NCBI RefSeq assembly: GCF_009914755.1
Contig: NC_060927.1
Length of the DNA stretch: 64,000 nucleotides
DNA from: the human T2T-CHM13v2.0 reference genome, Homo sapiens
Direction: 5' to 3' (one strand)
This document shows positions 1 through 14,063 of this stretch, piece after piece. Below the pieces are notes generated by a model, which was given only the letters and a program-made list of their open reading frames with translations, was not told where the DNA came from and searched no databases. The position numbers and the translations under genes are program-made. Position 1 is the stretch's first letter, and each line of letters starts with the position of its first letter.

Positions 1-77
1 ACCTTCATCCTTTTCGCTTTGTTCACCCCAGGGCTATACGATAAAAATGTTCTGAATGATGACTCTGAAGTACTGCC

Positions 78-300
78 ACAGGATTCCATTCATTTGAGTA
101 CCCGTCACAATTTTTGCTACATCTGAGTACCACCCGTACCATCATTAATATTTGTCTTTAAATCAAGTTGGGCTTAACACCAAGATCTATTTCATTATTT
201 CCAAGAGCAGTAATATTGGTGAAATCATGTATTTGATGTGCTATAACATTTATTTTCCTAAAAATATATGGCAATAAACATATAGCCATTAAAACATTTC
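78..300. mobile_element. Degraded hAT-Charlie MITE (MER112/MER113-like)
   Basis: Motifs tttttgctacatctgagtaccacccgtacc and gtgaaatcatgtatttgatgtgcta resemble the recalled consensus; highly diverged. Confidence 0.4.
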
Positions 301-483
301 CCAAAGGAAATCTTACATTATACAATCCTTAAGTCGTGAATGTTTCAATTATATTTATTCTACTTAATGAGATACAAGGATATAAGAACACGTTTTCTAT
401 TTAACCAAGTTTCTTTCAGGACACCCTAGTTCCCTAGAAGTTTAATGAATTAGGATTCTAATGTTTTAATTTTTGATACTTGA

Positions 484-804
<321 letters not shown>

Positions 805-1163
805 AATACTTGATCATTATTTTCTTTTGGATGAAAAGAATTTCAGTTTCTTTTACTTTTCCTCACTGGGCTATTTCATAATAATTAGATTTTATTTAAA
901 TAAATAAGACCTATATACAAAGTTTGATCATTGTTATCACAGGGGAACTACAAGTGTCAGGTTAAATTATATCAAATTAACCAGTTTCCCCATGCATGCA
1001 TATGATAGACAGATTAGAGAAAAAGCTAACCTACATCTAGAATGCCAAAAGAGAAATTCTACCATATTCAAATTAAACTGATTCCTATCAAAAGTGTACA
1101 ATTCCTACCTTGAAACAGATTGTAAATAATGTTCCAAGCAATTCTGAGCTAAAGTGAATCAGA

Positions 1164-2080
1164 TTTTTTTTTTTTAAGAGACAGGGTCTCGCTCTGTCAC
1201 CCAGGCTGGAGTGCAGTGGTAAGATCATAGCTCACTGTAAGCTTGAACTCTTAGGCTTGAGCTGGGCCTCATGAAGAGCTGGGGCTATAGGCACATGCTA
1301 CCAGGCCAGGCTATTTTTAAAGAAAATTCTAATTAGTTCAGCCACTGTGAAAAGTAGTTTGGAGATTTCTCAAAGAACTAAAAAGAGAACTACCATTCGA
1401 CCCAGCAATCCCATTACTGGGTATATACCCAAAGGAAAACAAATTGTTCTACCAGAGACACCTGTACTTGTATGTTTGTTGCAGCGATATTCACAATAGC
1501 AAATATATGGAATGAATCTAGCTGTCCATCAATGGTGGATTGAATTTTAAAAATGTAGTACATATACACTAATGGAGTACTACATAGTCATAGAAAAGTA
1601 CAAAATCACATCCTTTGCAGCAACACGGATGCAGCTGGAGGTCATTATCTTAAGTGAATTAATGCAGAAACAGAAAACCGAATATTGCATCTTCTCACTT
1701 ATAAGTGGGAGCTAATCCTTGAGTACGCATAGACATAAAAATGGGAACAGTGGACGCTGGAGACTCCAAAAGGGGGGAGGGAGCAGGGAGTGAGGGGACA
1801 AGGGCTGAAAAACTTCCTACTGGGTACTATGCGGGGTAATGGGACCAATTGAAGCCCAAATCTCAGCATCACGCATATATACCCTTGTAGCAATATACCC
1901 TTGTAACAAACCTGCACATTTATCCCAATCCAAAATAAAAATTTAAACTTTTTTTTTTTTTTTGGAAAGACAAGGTCTTAGTATTTTGCCCAGGCTAGTC
2001 CGAAGCTCCTGACCTCAAGCAATCCTCCTACCTCGGCCTCCCAAAATGCTGGGATTAAGTGTGTGTCACCACGCCCAGCC
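1164..2080 (-). mobile_element. AluJ split into two arms (1164-1320 and 1949-2080) by an L1 insertion
   Basis: Right arm then left arm in the same orientation; shared TSD tgaatcaga at 1155-1163 and 2081-2089. Confidence 0.88.
1322..1947 (+). mobile_element. L1 3' end (L1PA15-17/L1PB-like), 5'-truncated
   Basis: ORF2 C-terminal/3'UTR motifs ccagcaatcccattactgggtatatacccaaagg, ctcacttataagtgggagcta, gtaacaaacctgcaca, terminal aataaaa. Confidence 0.9.
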
Positions 2081-2521
2081 TGAATCAGACCTTTTGATCT
2101 TCCCATTGTTTGCCTTCATTCTTGACTCTGGCCATAGATCTGCTGGCTACTGACTCCTCTCATCTAAATTGGAGTCTCGAACAGATTTCTTTTAAATATG
2201 TTCAACCAATATGCTAACATACTGAAAGCTATTAGGTAATCAGATGCTTTTGCTTTCAAATAGGAAAGGTATCTCCTGGAAGATAATGTAAATGATTGAA
2301 CAAACTTAAGTCATCTATATTATCACCATACTTTATCATCTTTATTGCAGATGCTGAAGTCTTTATTCCTGTAACTATTAGGGGAAAAATATCATCTGAG
2401 CCAGATCCATTCCTTTACTTGGTCTCGCTCTAAGCCTACGTGACAGGATGGAGAGTGATCTCATTTTAGAAAACATTGAATGAAATGGAGCATTCTTTAA
2501 ATGAGACACATACACACAGTT

Positions 2522-2734
2522 CAGGGCTTCTCAGTCTCAGCACTATTGACATTTTGGCTGAATAATTGTTTGTTGTGGGTGCCTGTTCTGTGCGTTGCAG
2601 GATGTTTAGCAGCATCCTTGGCCTCTACCCACCAGATACAAATAGCACTGTCCTTCCCTCTCCTGCTAGCTGTGACAACCAAAAATGTCTCCAGACATTG
2701 CCAAAATCCTCCTCACCCCCACTGAGAACCACTG
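2522..2734 (-). mobile_element. MER20 (hAT-Charlie MITE)
   Basis: tgtgacaaccaaaaatgtctccagacattgccaaa core; termini caggg...gagaaccactg; degenerate 8-bp TSD acacagtt/acacaaat. Confidence 0.92.
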
Positions 2735-3759
2735 ACACAAATCAAGAAGAAAGTTTTGCCATTGTATTTTCTGAATGCCTTTCCCGAGTTTAGCGGGGGG
2801 AAAGTCGATTTCTTTATGGGAATTTTTTTGTGTGGGGCTGTTTTACAAAATCCAAACTATAAATAACAGACGTAAGTGAGAAAAGATTGAACGTTTATTA
2901 CCCAAGGCCATATAAATTCAATAATAAATTATGGCTTTCTCTAAAAATATGAGAAGTCTTTTCAAAGTCATTAGTTCTAATCATAAATGAATTTAGCAGC
3001 ATTTCTTTAAATTTTGCCCTCTTGTAATGAACTCTGATACATTCATGGAACTGGTTGGTAAATAAAGAGATAGAAAGGTCTAATTTGCTGGTTCATTAAG
3101 CTAGCTTATTTCAAGACACCGTGCATATTGCTTTGAATTTCATATTTCTGAGCAGTGGAGACAATAGTAGTATCCATCTCTAATGTAGTGTGGCAGACAA
3201 TTAGGAGCTCAAATGTAGTAAATCTCATTTCATCAGAGATATACACAGTGATTATTATTTTATTGCCAAATACTGTCAGCATTACATTTCTTCAACAGCT
3301 AGTGTGATACCTGATTCACATGCTTAAATTTGCATTAAACACTGTGCTAACAACAATAATAATTTGGGCTGTGTTTTCTTACGTGACATTATTCTGTTCT
3401 TTTCCGTGTGTGTTCACCCAATGCTAGTTTCAAGGGTGCAAAGTTTTATGAAGACTTGATACAGGAAAGGCAGCTGTAGCTCTAAGGAAAGGCCATGGTT
3501 TTGGGGTCAAAAACAAGCACTAATGCTGCCCCTTTCAATTAAGGTAATCTTGGGAGGTTACTTCACTTAAAATAGAACTAGAAGAAAGAATCTTATTTTA
3601 TTGTTTTACGTTGTCTTTGTCAGATTTTTAAAACTGCAAAAACATTGCTTTTTGAAACAAATGAAATTATACAACAAAGAAGCTGATTATTCACTCTTCC
3701 ATCTCCCTTGACCATCCCTATAGCCTATTTCTCTTCAAGTAGGTAATACTAATGATTTA

Positions 3760-4090
3760 GTATATATCTACCTTTCATTAATCTTCCATGAAGCCCTGCA
3801 AGTAATTTTACCTAAATATAATCTTTCCTTTTTTAAGTAAAAAATTGAATTGATTTATACATATTTTTCTCTAACTTGCTTTTCTGAGTTTAGATCTAAG
3901 CCATTATTTTAAATAGTGGCATAGTATTTCATACTATGGGTATATAACATTTGTTCAACATTTCCCTCCTGATTGACCCCATGTTCTTTCCAGTCCCTGG
4001 GCACACTACAAACAATGATGTAATCAATGTCATCAGGCCTACAGCGCTGGGGCTAGATTCTTTCCTGCAATTAGAAATGGGAAACAGGGA
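3760..4090 (-). mobile_element. Old L1M(E) 3' fragment
   Basis: gcatagtatttcatactatgggtatataacatttgttcaac and acaaacaatgatgtaatcaatgtc resemble antisense L1ME. Confidence 0.55.
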
Positions 4091-4919
4091 CATTTCACCC
4101 AGTTGAATACCTCTGGGGCTCAGTTTCCGCATTTGCATTGTGAGAATCACATCTGTCCTACTTCCTTCACACATTGATACATGGATGGTTGGAGCCAGCA
4201 GATTAAAATAAAGTGATGGTTTGAGGATCAGAAGGGCCCTCCATAAAAACCCCACTCTAGCCAAGCTGCAGCTTTGGAAAGCTACCTGCTTTTCTCTGCT
4301 TTCACAATCTCAAATAATATTTGTACACTTGCTGTATGCTCTTCAGCTCTGGAACATTTTTTTCAGCAGTTAAAACCACTTTTTCAGTGGATAATTCACT
4401 ATTTCAGTGATCGGTATTTAGTTTACAAAGAGTCGTGTCAGGTAATACTCCAAGGCAGCGCCTGACTTCTGAAAGCCAGAGTAGACGAAGCATGTGCATG
4501 TGAGTGAGTGTGTGTGTGTGCATGAGAGGATAAGTGTGTGTACGGGGGAGAGAGAGTGCACTCAGTAAATTCACTCAGTGTGAAAGTCATCCAGTAACAC
4601 GGTCACAAGCAAGAGCGAGCTCTGGAAACTGCCCATATGGTGAAGGGATATATAAATATTTAATATATTTAATATTTTACCTGGTACCATAGCCATTTTA
4701 AATTATTCTACTAATATTATCTAATAATATGTGGTATACCATTTCTCTCCAAGAAATTAAAGTTCTGAAAAATACATCCATACTTACATCTTATTGCTTC
4801 TTCAAACCACACTTGTGTTCATGAAGCAGGAAAGGGTCAACGTGCAATGACTCATTATTTCACATTTACCTGACAGGCTGCAAAAGTGCACATGATATTA
4901 TAGTTCAAGGGCATTTAGG

Positions 4920-5125
4920 TCAGAGGGTATGCTGAGGGCTATGACCCACCGGGTTATGAAATGAGCTGAAATATCAAGACTGACATTTCTTAAGTGAAAT
5001 AGAATAGAATGGAAAATGTCAGAGTACAACACTCCAAAATATGATAGTTGTTGCTTCATGAATATTCTGTTTCAGAAACATAAATATGTGTAGGTATGTC
5101 GTATGTGCTAGATCTCAATGTTATT
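4920..5125. mobile_element. Degraded hAT-Charlie MITE (MER103C/Charlie18-like)
   Basis: gacccaccgggttatgaaat...tgaaatagaatagaatggaaaatgtcagagt pattern. Confidence 0.5.
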
Positions 5126-5160
5126 AAAGCTATTAAACACATTATAAGGTACCTATTCTA

Positions 5161-5468
5161 GGCTGGGTACGGTGGCTCATGCCTGTAATCCCAGCACTTT
5201 GGGAAGCCTAGGTGGGTGGATCACTTGAGGTCAAGAGTTCAAGACCACCCTGGCCAGCCTAGTGAAAGCCTGTCTCTACTTAAAAAAAAAAAAAAGAAAA
5301 AGAAAAAAGAAATCAGCAGGGTGTGGTGGTGCACACCTGTAGTCTCAGCTACTCAGGAGGCTGAAACAGGAGAATTGCTAGAACCTGGGAGGTGGAGCTT
5401 GAGGTGAGCCAAGATCATGCCACTGCACTCCAGCCTGGGCGACAGATTGGGACTCTCTCTAAAAAGAA
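5161..5468 (+). mobile_element. AluS (Sx/Sz-like) with expanded A-rich linker
   Basis: Full dimer; linker 5281-5312 expanded; TSD gtacc(t/c)attcta at 5149-5160 and 5469-5480. Confidence 0.93.
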
Positions 5469-5984
5469 GTACCCATTCTAGTGACACTTTGCTTATGAGA
5501 TCCAAGACAGTCAACCACTTTGCTATCTAGTACAGCTGCCTCTCTGTGTACTATAAAGATGTCGCCAGATAAACCTTCCTTCCTTCTTCAAATGTGTCTT
5601 TTCCCCCGTTATTTCTTTCTGGAAAGTGGTCTTTGATGCAATGGAGTATGGAAACAGGAGGCTAACACATAACCACACATTTATGTTAAACCTCAAGACG
5701 TGGTCAGTGCTGGTGAGATAAAAATCTGTTTGCTTTGGGGAGGCTTTGCTCTGAAGAATTGGGTGAGGCCTGGAAGATGGAATCCCTTCACCCAAGACAG
5801 AGCAGGAACCCTGGAGGGAGGGAGGGGGTGGAGAAAAACAGGTGGGTGGGCAGATGGCGAGAGTAGGAAGAAAAAGGAGCCCACAGAAGAGGAAGAACTC
5901 CCAAATGCCCATTAGGAGGTGATTTAAGAGATAAAATAATATTTTGTTCCATCTTCTGAGTTGCTGTAAATCTTTCTGTTACTC

Positions 5985-6575
5985 CATCGACTCAATAAAT
6001 CTTTATTGAACATTTTCTACATGTCAGGTTATACTTCCTGGACATACCAGGAATGACCAGAACAGACAGACGTTCCTACATTACGGGACTTACAATCTAG
6101 GAGAGTGGGGGAGGACAGACAGATATTAAACAAGTGAAGCATGCCGAATGTCAGGTGGCAGTATAGGTGATGGGAAAAAAAAGTCAAGCTGGGAAGGAGA
6201 TAGGTGTGTGTGGCATGGGGGCTGGGGGTGAGGGTTTGCAATTTTATAGACAGTCGTTGTGGTCAGTGAAGAAAAGGTAACTGTGAAGCTGAGACTTGGA
6301 GAAAGCATAGAAGCCCAGATATCAGGGGAAGAACACTTCATGCAGGAGTGTCCCTGGGTGACCCAGCAGAGATGCAGGGGACAGTAGAGGAAGCTGGGGT
6401 CGCGGGACATTGTGGGTGGTGGTGGGGTCCCATAGTGCACAGAACCTTGAAGGTCATTGTGGAGACTTTGCATTTTGCTCCAGATGAAATGAGATGCCAT
6501 AGGAGGTTTGGAGCCAGGGGTGACATGCTCTGACTTACATTTTAAAAAGACTACTTTGGGTGCTGTGTGGGGGAC
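5985..6575 (-). mobile_element. L2 3' fragment
   Basis: tcaataaatctttattgaacattttctacatgtcagg (antisense L2 tail) through gacatgctctgacttacattttaaaaagactactttgggtgctgtgtgg. Confidence 0.8.
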
Positions 6576-7587
6576 AGTACCTGCATGCTCTCTCAGACGC
6601 GACAGATGTGACTAAGGCACAACAGAGAGCAACACAGATGTATGTGAAGCAGGAATTCAAGCAGTGAGGGAAACGTCAAAGTCGGTTACAGGTCAATGTC
6701 CACTGCTCCCATCCTATCATATCATCAACTCAATCATGAACAGGAAGTGGGAGTTTCTCCATGACCAGCAGCAGGAGACTAATCTACAAGGGTCAATGGA
6801 GAACCAGGCCATGTCTCCCTTCAGACTCTGGAATCGGAGTCTCCCCTTCCATGAGCTCTGGCTGACATGGACAGTCCCCCTCCCTCGCACTCGTGCTCTC
6901 TGCCATTGCTGCATTCTTTGCTTCCTGGGCCTGTTTCTGAGGCCAGGCCTCAGGTCATGTAACACCAAGGAATACAAGGTCCCTGTAGCTGGGCTATTGT
7001 CATGGTCAACCCAAAAAGCAACTCTGTGCTTTTCTGCTGCCAACTTATCTGCATGGCCATGGCTATGCCATTGCACATTTCCTGCGGCCGCTCACTTCTA
7101 GGAGTGGTAGGAGTCCTTTACTCTGTCTCTTCCCTGGGCAGAAAAGTAAAGAGAAACTGCCCCAAAGCACTCAGTTCCACTCTCCTGAGCAATCTTTGCA
7201 GGCTGACAAAAGGCCATGAGTCTTTCTCTTTCTCTACTGTAGGCCTCTCCCTACCTTGCCCTGTTAGATAGGTGGGTGGATGGGTGGGTGCAACAGAAAT
7301 GAGTATCCTAAATGTAGTTCCCCTTTCTCTGTCTAGTTAATGGAGGAGGGAGGGCAAAATTAACCCCAAAGGCAACCACTCTGCTGGCCTTTCTTCAACT
7401 CTGGAATACATTCTCCCAGTATTCAGACCTTTCAGCAGCAGGAAGACCACCCTCTCTCCCATCCTGACTGTGCCCAGTACTTGTTCTCAGCCTCCCACAA
7501 CATATGTGTGTTGTCAGAGAACAGAATGTTAGCTCCAGCTGTCTCAGGTCCAGACCAGCAGGTTATATAGAAATTATCATAAAATAG

Positions 7588-7712
7588 GGGCTTAAAACCT
7601 AGATGACGGGTTGATGGGTGCAGCAAACCACCATGGCACATGTATACCTATGTAACAAACCTGTGTGTTCTGCACATGTATCCCAGTACTTAAAGTATAA
7701 TAATTTTAAAAA
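7588..7712 (+). mobile_element. Very short L1PA (PA7/8-like) 3' end
   Basis: cttaaaacctagatgacgggttgatgggtgcagcaaaccaccatggcacatgtatacctatgtaacaaacctg; probable TSD agaaatta(tca)taaaata at 7569-7586 and 7713-7727. Confidence 0.9.
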
Positions 7713-8269
7713 AGAAATTATAAAATAAGCGAATCAGTTGCTCTCAGAAAGGGATGTATGTTGACCATACAGATTAGTACCTATAAATCCTAAATTACCT
7801 TCCTTAACATAAAAATTGTCTCCTGCTCAGAAAGAACTTTGTAAAACCCCACTAACCTGCTGCTTTCAGATACTCAGACCACTGAGGCCAGTGGATTATC
7901 AGTTTTCCAGGAAGTGTCTGGCATGGAATCCTGGTTCTGTTGAATGAGCTCCTTTAGGTGTGATGGTGAAGGAAAAAAAAATTAAGACCTCTTGGCATTC
8001 ATAAAATCTGCAGTGTAGAAATTCACATACCTTTTTCCGTTACATTACATTGCTACAACACAACTCTACCTTGCAGTGTATCAAAAATGATTGGAGGACT
8101 TTCCTATCTTTACCTTTCTTCCCCTAGTCTTTGTGCTTGCAGACAGAATGCCATCTCCTCTCTAGTGGCAGCCAAAGGATGTTGGGGCAAACAGTCCCTC
8201 ATTAATTAATTAATTGAGCAGTTGATTGTCAATTTGTATCTTTTTGTAAGTGTTTAATGTTTGACTTTT

Positions 8270-9387
<1,118 letters not shown>

Positions 9388-9388
9388 C

Positions 9389-9666
9389 CAGACCCTTTTA
9401 ACTGAAAATGATAAAAACTCAATTCAACTTAGCTTAATGAAAAAGAAAATGTACTGGCTCATGTCAACTGAAAGTGTAGCTGTGGCTGGATCCAGGCTTC
9501 ACAGAATCCTCTGGATTCTCTCTCCATTCATCTCTCATCTCCACTTCTCCTTGTGTGTTGGACTAATTCTATGTAGACAGGCTTTCTAAGTGGCAGTGTT
9601 AGGGGGCTGGGGATGGGGGAGTGGGAAAGGACCACTGACATTACAAGACCTAATTACTTACAATTT

Positions 9667-9722
<56 letters not shown>

Positions 9723-9990
9723 AGTTCTTCCTGGTAAGCCACACTTTTATCCCAGTTTGGAAAATTCTTAGAAAGGATGTCAACTGGAACTGGAACAACC
9801 ACAGGGATGATGAGTGGTCCAACCCAGCGATGGTACAGTCCAGCACAGGGGAGAACAGGAATACGGGTGTGTGTGTTTGTGGGGGTGGTTAGGTACTGTG
9901 GTTGACAGCCCCACCAGAACTACTTGGAATGGGAAAGAGTTTCTCATCAAAATAACATTAGACAAAAGTGAGAGCTGTACACAACAGAAG
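9389..9990 (-). mobile_element. MLT1 (K/L-like) ERVL-MaLR LTR
   Basis: aaactcaattcaaacttagcttaa...ggctcatgtcaactgaaag; gttgacagccccaccagaac. Confidence 0.6.
9670..9719 (+). repeat. (GA)25 perfect microsatellite
   Basis: Uninterrupted 50-bp GA run. Confidence 0.99.
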
Positions 9991-10059
9991 GACCTCAGAG
10001 AAAGCCACTGAGAGGGTGGGTGTAATTTTGGCCCAATCTAGAACCCACTGAGATATAGA

Positions 10060-10235
10060 TGCAAGAACACTGGATTTGGATCTGGAAGTCCATGGTATTG
10101 ATAGCAACACTGACACAAGCTGTGTTATCTTGCACACATTACCAAGCCACGCTAAGCTTTTTTTCTTCATCTTTAAAATGAAGGTGGTTATATCAATTTT
10201 CTAGGGCTATGGTGATGATAAAATGGTATAACCAT
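10060..10235 (+). mobile_element. MIR fragment
   Basis: agctgtgttatcttgcac...ttcttcatctttaaaatg MIR core. Confidence 0.6.
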
Positions 10236-11535
10236 CTACAAGCTTTTGCTAACTTCAGATTTTGCTGTTCAAGTTGTTCAAAATAGTTAGGGCATTGGCA
10301 GCTGACTTCACTTCATTGTACAGAGATCTTGGTTGCACTAAGTTGTAAGGCTTTATTCTTCTGCAATAAATATTTAATCACTTGGGCTAAGAATGGTATT
10401 GAACAAAAATACTCTCAAAATATAATGTATACTTGTTATTTCATTTTTGATACATTTCCACCAATGCGTTTTTGTAGTAGCAGTCAATCTTTTTAATAAA
10501 TATTCATCTTCATTTGAGAGCAAGAGCGGATTCATTGGTTTCCAATATTACATTTTTTGAAAGGGCATATTTTTAAGCACCAGTGATTTTTTAAACCAGT
10601 GATTTTTTAAAGTCTCTTTTGAACTCTTGAAACATTGATATTTTCAACTGGAATTAAGGAACATTTCTGACATATTTCAAACCCTTTCTCTGAACAAGGA
10701 TGCAAACAAATGTATTACATTAAGGAAAAATACAAATGGGAAAATGCTTTTTTGAAAAACAGGTAATGATATTTCAAGGACGACACAGAACTATTCATTT
10801 CCGATATTCTCATTACCATTCCTAGCAACAGGCATAGACGTCTCTCAATTCCTGCGCAGTTCTGCTAATCTCTGTACAGAATATTCAATTTTCTTACAAC
10901 GATTCAGCTGATTTATTATTTCCCTCTTGTGTTTTAACTGCTAAAGATGCAATGTAACCCCATAAATTTGTTTCAGGCTCTCAGCTTCGATACCCAAGGT
11001 CGTTAATACCCCCCAAATATTCTGTGCTTACATCATTCCTTTAAATGTGCTCTTTCTTGACCAATGAGTTGTTACATAATTACATGGTGCCAGCAACAAT
11101 ATCATCTTGTTTTTATAGTTTTATGATTAAGGGTATAAAAATCAACTGAATTGAAGTAAATGTTAAAAGATATTTGCAAACTATAAGAGATTGCTACAAT
11201 AGTTTATCACATGTAAACGATAGAGTATGTATATATTTAAAATGGGGTTTTCTTACTATATGGTTTAAAAATCTGTTAGAGTAAAATGCATTATATTAAT
11301 GTGTTACCTGATGATTCTGTACACACAGATTATGTCTTCTATGGTGGAAGTTAAAAACAATTGTGGGAGATTTATTTTTGCTACCCGTCCCCTTATGAGA
11401 ACCAAAACATTTCTATCGAATATTTGCATTTAAAGTTACAGCACTCAAGAAAGGAGAACATTTTTTAAATGGGACTAGTTCTTATACGACACAATTCTCA
11501 GCCTTTTTACAACTTAAAGCATACTGAAGAGTAAT

Positions 11536-11648
11536 TAGGGTGACCAACTGTCTCAGTTTGCCAGAGACAGAGGGGGTTCCTGGGATGTGAGACTTCAGTT
11601 CTAAAACCAGGGGGAACTACAGACAAACTTGGACGAGTTGGTTCCCTC
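11536..11648 (+). mobile_element. MER81 (hAT-Blackjack MITE)
   Basis: TIR tagggtgaccaactgtc ... gacgagttggttccct; about 113 bp. Confidence 0.88.
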
Positions 11649-11649
11649 A

Positions 11650-12105
11650 TGGATAGTTTGGCCTCAATTAATCCCCCATGCCCTGCATCCATATCTTTGC
11701 AATGGCTTCACTGTGGGCAAAGTGTACCTGCATGCCTCTTGTCTTTGGGCTTGGCCATGTGACTTGTCTTGGCAAAAATATATGGGTAGAAGTGATGGTG
11801 TGCCTCTTTCAAGGTTTAAGACGTCTGGTACATTTCTGATTTCTCATATATCTCTGCCACAGAAATGCTCTGCACTGGGACCTGCCACCTCACTGCACCA
11901 AGGAGAGTGAGACACATTGGGAGTGGAGCCACCCTAGCTGACACACACATCTGCAGTGAGAAACAGAGTTGCCCAGATGGGCCCAGCCTAGATCAGCAGA
12001 ACCCCAGGCAACTTGCAGATGTGTATAGAAAATCCTGTTACAAAGCCACTGAGACTTTGTCGTTACTGGTTATACAGCATTATTGCAACAAAAACTAATT
12101 GAAAT
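11650..12105 (+). mobile_element. MLT1 (I/J-like) LTR
   Basis: ctttgggcttggccatgtgacttg, agaagtgatggtgtgcc, terminal cagcattattgcaacaaaaactaattgaaata. Confidence 0.75.
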
Positions 12106-12121
12106 AGGTGTTAAGAAATAC

Positions 12122-12225
12122 TCTTCCAATAAATATTTATTGAGGTCCTACTCTGTGCTAGCCACTGGGGATGCAATGACGAGCCAAGATGGATACAATT
12201 TTATTCTCATGGAACTTACAGTTAA
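12122..12225 (-). mobile_element. L2 3' tail fragment
   Basis: caataaatatttattgaggtcctactctgtgctag. Confidence 0.7.
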
Positions 12226-12228
12226 TTG

Positions 12229-12615
12229 CTGTGGTCCCGGAGGCCCTTTTGGGAAGGGCTGCAATGTCAAAATCATTTTCAAAATAATACTAAAACATGA
12301 TTTGTCTTTTTCTCTTTTTTTCACTGTGTTGACATTCCCACCAGTGATACAAAGGCAATTGTGCACTTAACTGCTGAAATTTTGATACAGATCATGGCAA
12401 GGGTACCAAACTATAGGAGTAGTCATTGTATTTACTATCATCATGTACTTACAGTTTAAAAAATACCAGTTTCATTGATGAATGTACTCAACGAAGTGGT
12501 AAAAATGATTGATTTAATTAAATCTCCACCCTGAGATTAATATCTTTTTAATAATCTGTATGCCACAATGGGAAGTACCCATGAAGCACTTCTGCTGCCC
12601 ACTGAAATACGATGG
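12229..12615 (+). mobile_element. Charlie1a/b hAT transposon fragment (left end plus decayed transposase)
   Basis: cactgtgttgacatt...aaaggcaat; 12568-12615 reads MGSTHEALLLPTEIRW, matching the hAT LLLHTEVRW motif. Confidence 0.85.
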
Positions 12616-13842
12616 AGCAGTCGACAGATGACTAAAACTGGTTACCCATTTCGATGGAAAAGTCCAATTCCTACCTCACAACATAACTAAAAAACATACT
12701 CCAATCATATTACAGATTTAAATACAAATGAAAACAAAAAACGAATGGAAGAAAATATAGAAATATTTTTTAAATAATTGTGCTTGGACACTTTTTTCCA
12801 AACATGCACAAAGGCCAAAAAACACTGGGGCCTTCAGTTTTTCCTTTATGCACTTCAGAATTATTCTAATTTCTATGATAATGTTTCATAATAAAACTAA
12901 CCCCATTAAGTAAACAAAACAAGTCTATGCCAGCATTCTTAACAAATTGCAACACAGATTTCATTGATGTCATATGAAGAATGAGCACGTTTTAAGCACA
13001 ATGATTGCACAATTGATCACAGTTGAATGGTAAATCTTATCAGAAAACAAGTATGGACGACCCCAGACTCTCCACACCATTTGTTACCCACAGTCAGCAT
13101 TTCATCCCCTTTAGAGTAATAGCCTATTATCAAAATTATATCATTTCCCTAGATATTCCAGAGGGCTAGGATTTTTAAATACCTATGACACAATCAGAGG
13201 GGTAAGCGCAATCCTAAGATGTTCAGCTTGCCACAGTCGATTGTTAAGAGCTACTCTTCATAATTTTCAGGCCTAAAGCGTCTTCTTCCTGGAAGATGGA
13301 GCCAAACCCTATGGTTTCAAATTAATTCTTATTAAAGAACCATGCAAAGATTGCTTTTTGAGCTACAGCCCACAAACATGAGAAGAATATGAGTCAGGTT
13401 CTTAGGTTTTAATTGGGCCTCTTCTAGCACAGATCATGCCCTTTTAGGAATTGGAAAAAGACACCCCTCCCATTGGAAAAATTAGAAAAAGGTGCCTCTT
13501 TGGGGTAGAAGACTTAGAAAAAGTCAGTCCTTTCTCTGGGTGGATGCATCAGAGCATTAGCTACATTTCCACTTCCCTTAGCTTCTATGGCTGGAAGCCT
13601 TCTTGGGAGAGCACAGCCTGGCCATCTGTTTATTGTAGCCCTGCATCTTCACAACATAGATTCTGCTTTTTGCTGCCTGGTCAAAGAGTAAGATTTGAAT
13701 GAAGCAATAATAGAGAATATGCACACAGGTTGTATAATTCCTCCTTGAATGACTTGTGAAACAAGGTCATTGGACAACTAGTATTTCAGACAGAAGGATG
13801 AAGGGATATAATCTCACAGCTCTACCTTTTATTCTATTAGAA

Positions 13843-14063
13843 TGGAGGTTGGCAAACAACAGCCCATAAGCCAAATCTAGCCTGCTGCCAGTTTTTTTGT
13901 AAATAAAGTTTTATTGGAACACAGCCATACTCATTTATATACACTGTTTATAGCGCTTTTGTGCTATGACTGCAGAGTTGAGCACTTGCAAGGGACCATA
14001 CAGCTCACAAAGCTTAAAATATTTACTCCTCGGCTCTTTAGAGGAAAAGTCTGTCAACCCCTG
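13843..14063 (+). mobile_element. MER58A (hAT-Charlie MITE)
   Basis: tttttgtaaataaagttttattggaacacagcca core; termini ggttggcaaac ... tgtcaacccctg. Confidence 0.93.

Noticed and set aside
6664-7101. Longest ORF in the track (145 aa, +) and overlapping minus-strand ORF
   Set aside because: Non-ATG (GTG) start, no recognisable domain, W/C/L-rich random-like composition and no splice context; this length is expected by chance in 64 kb
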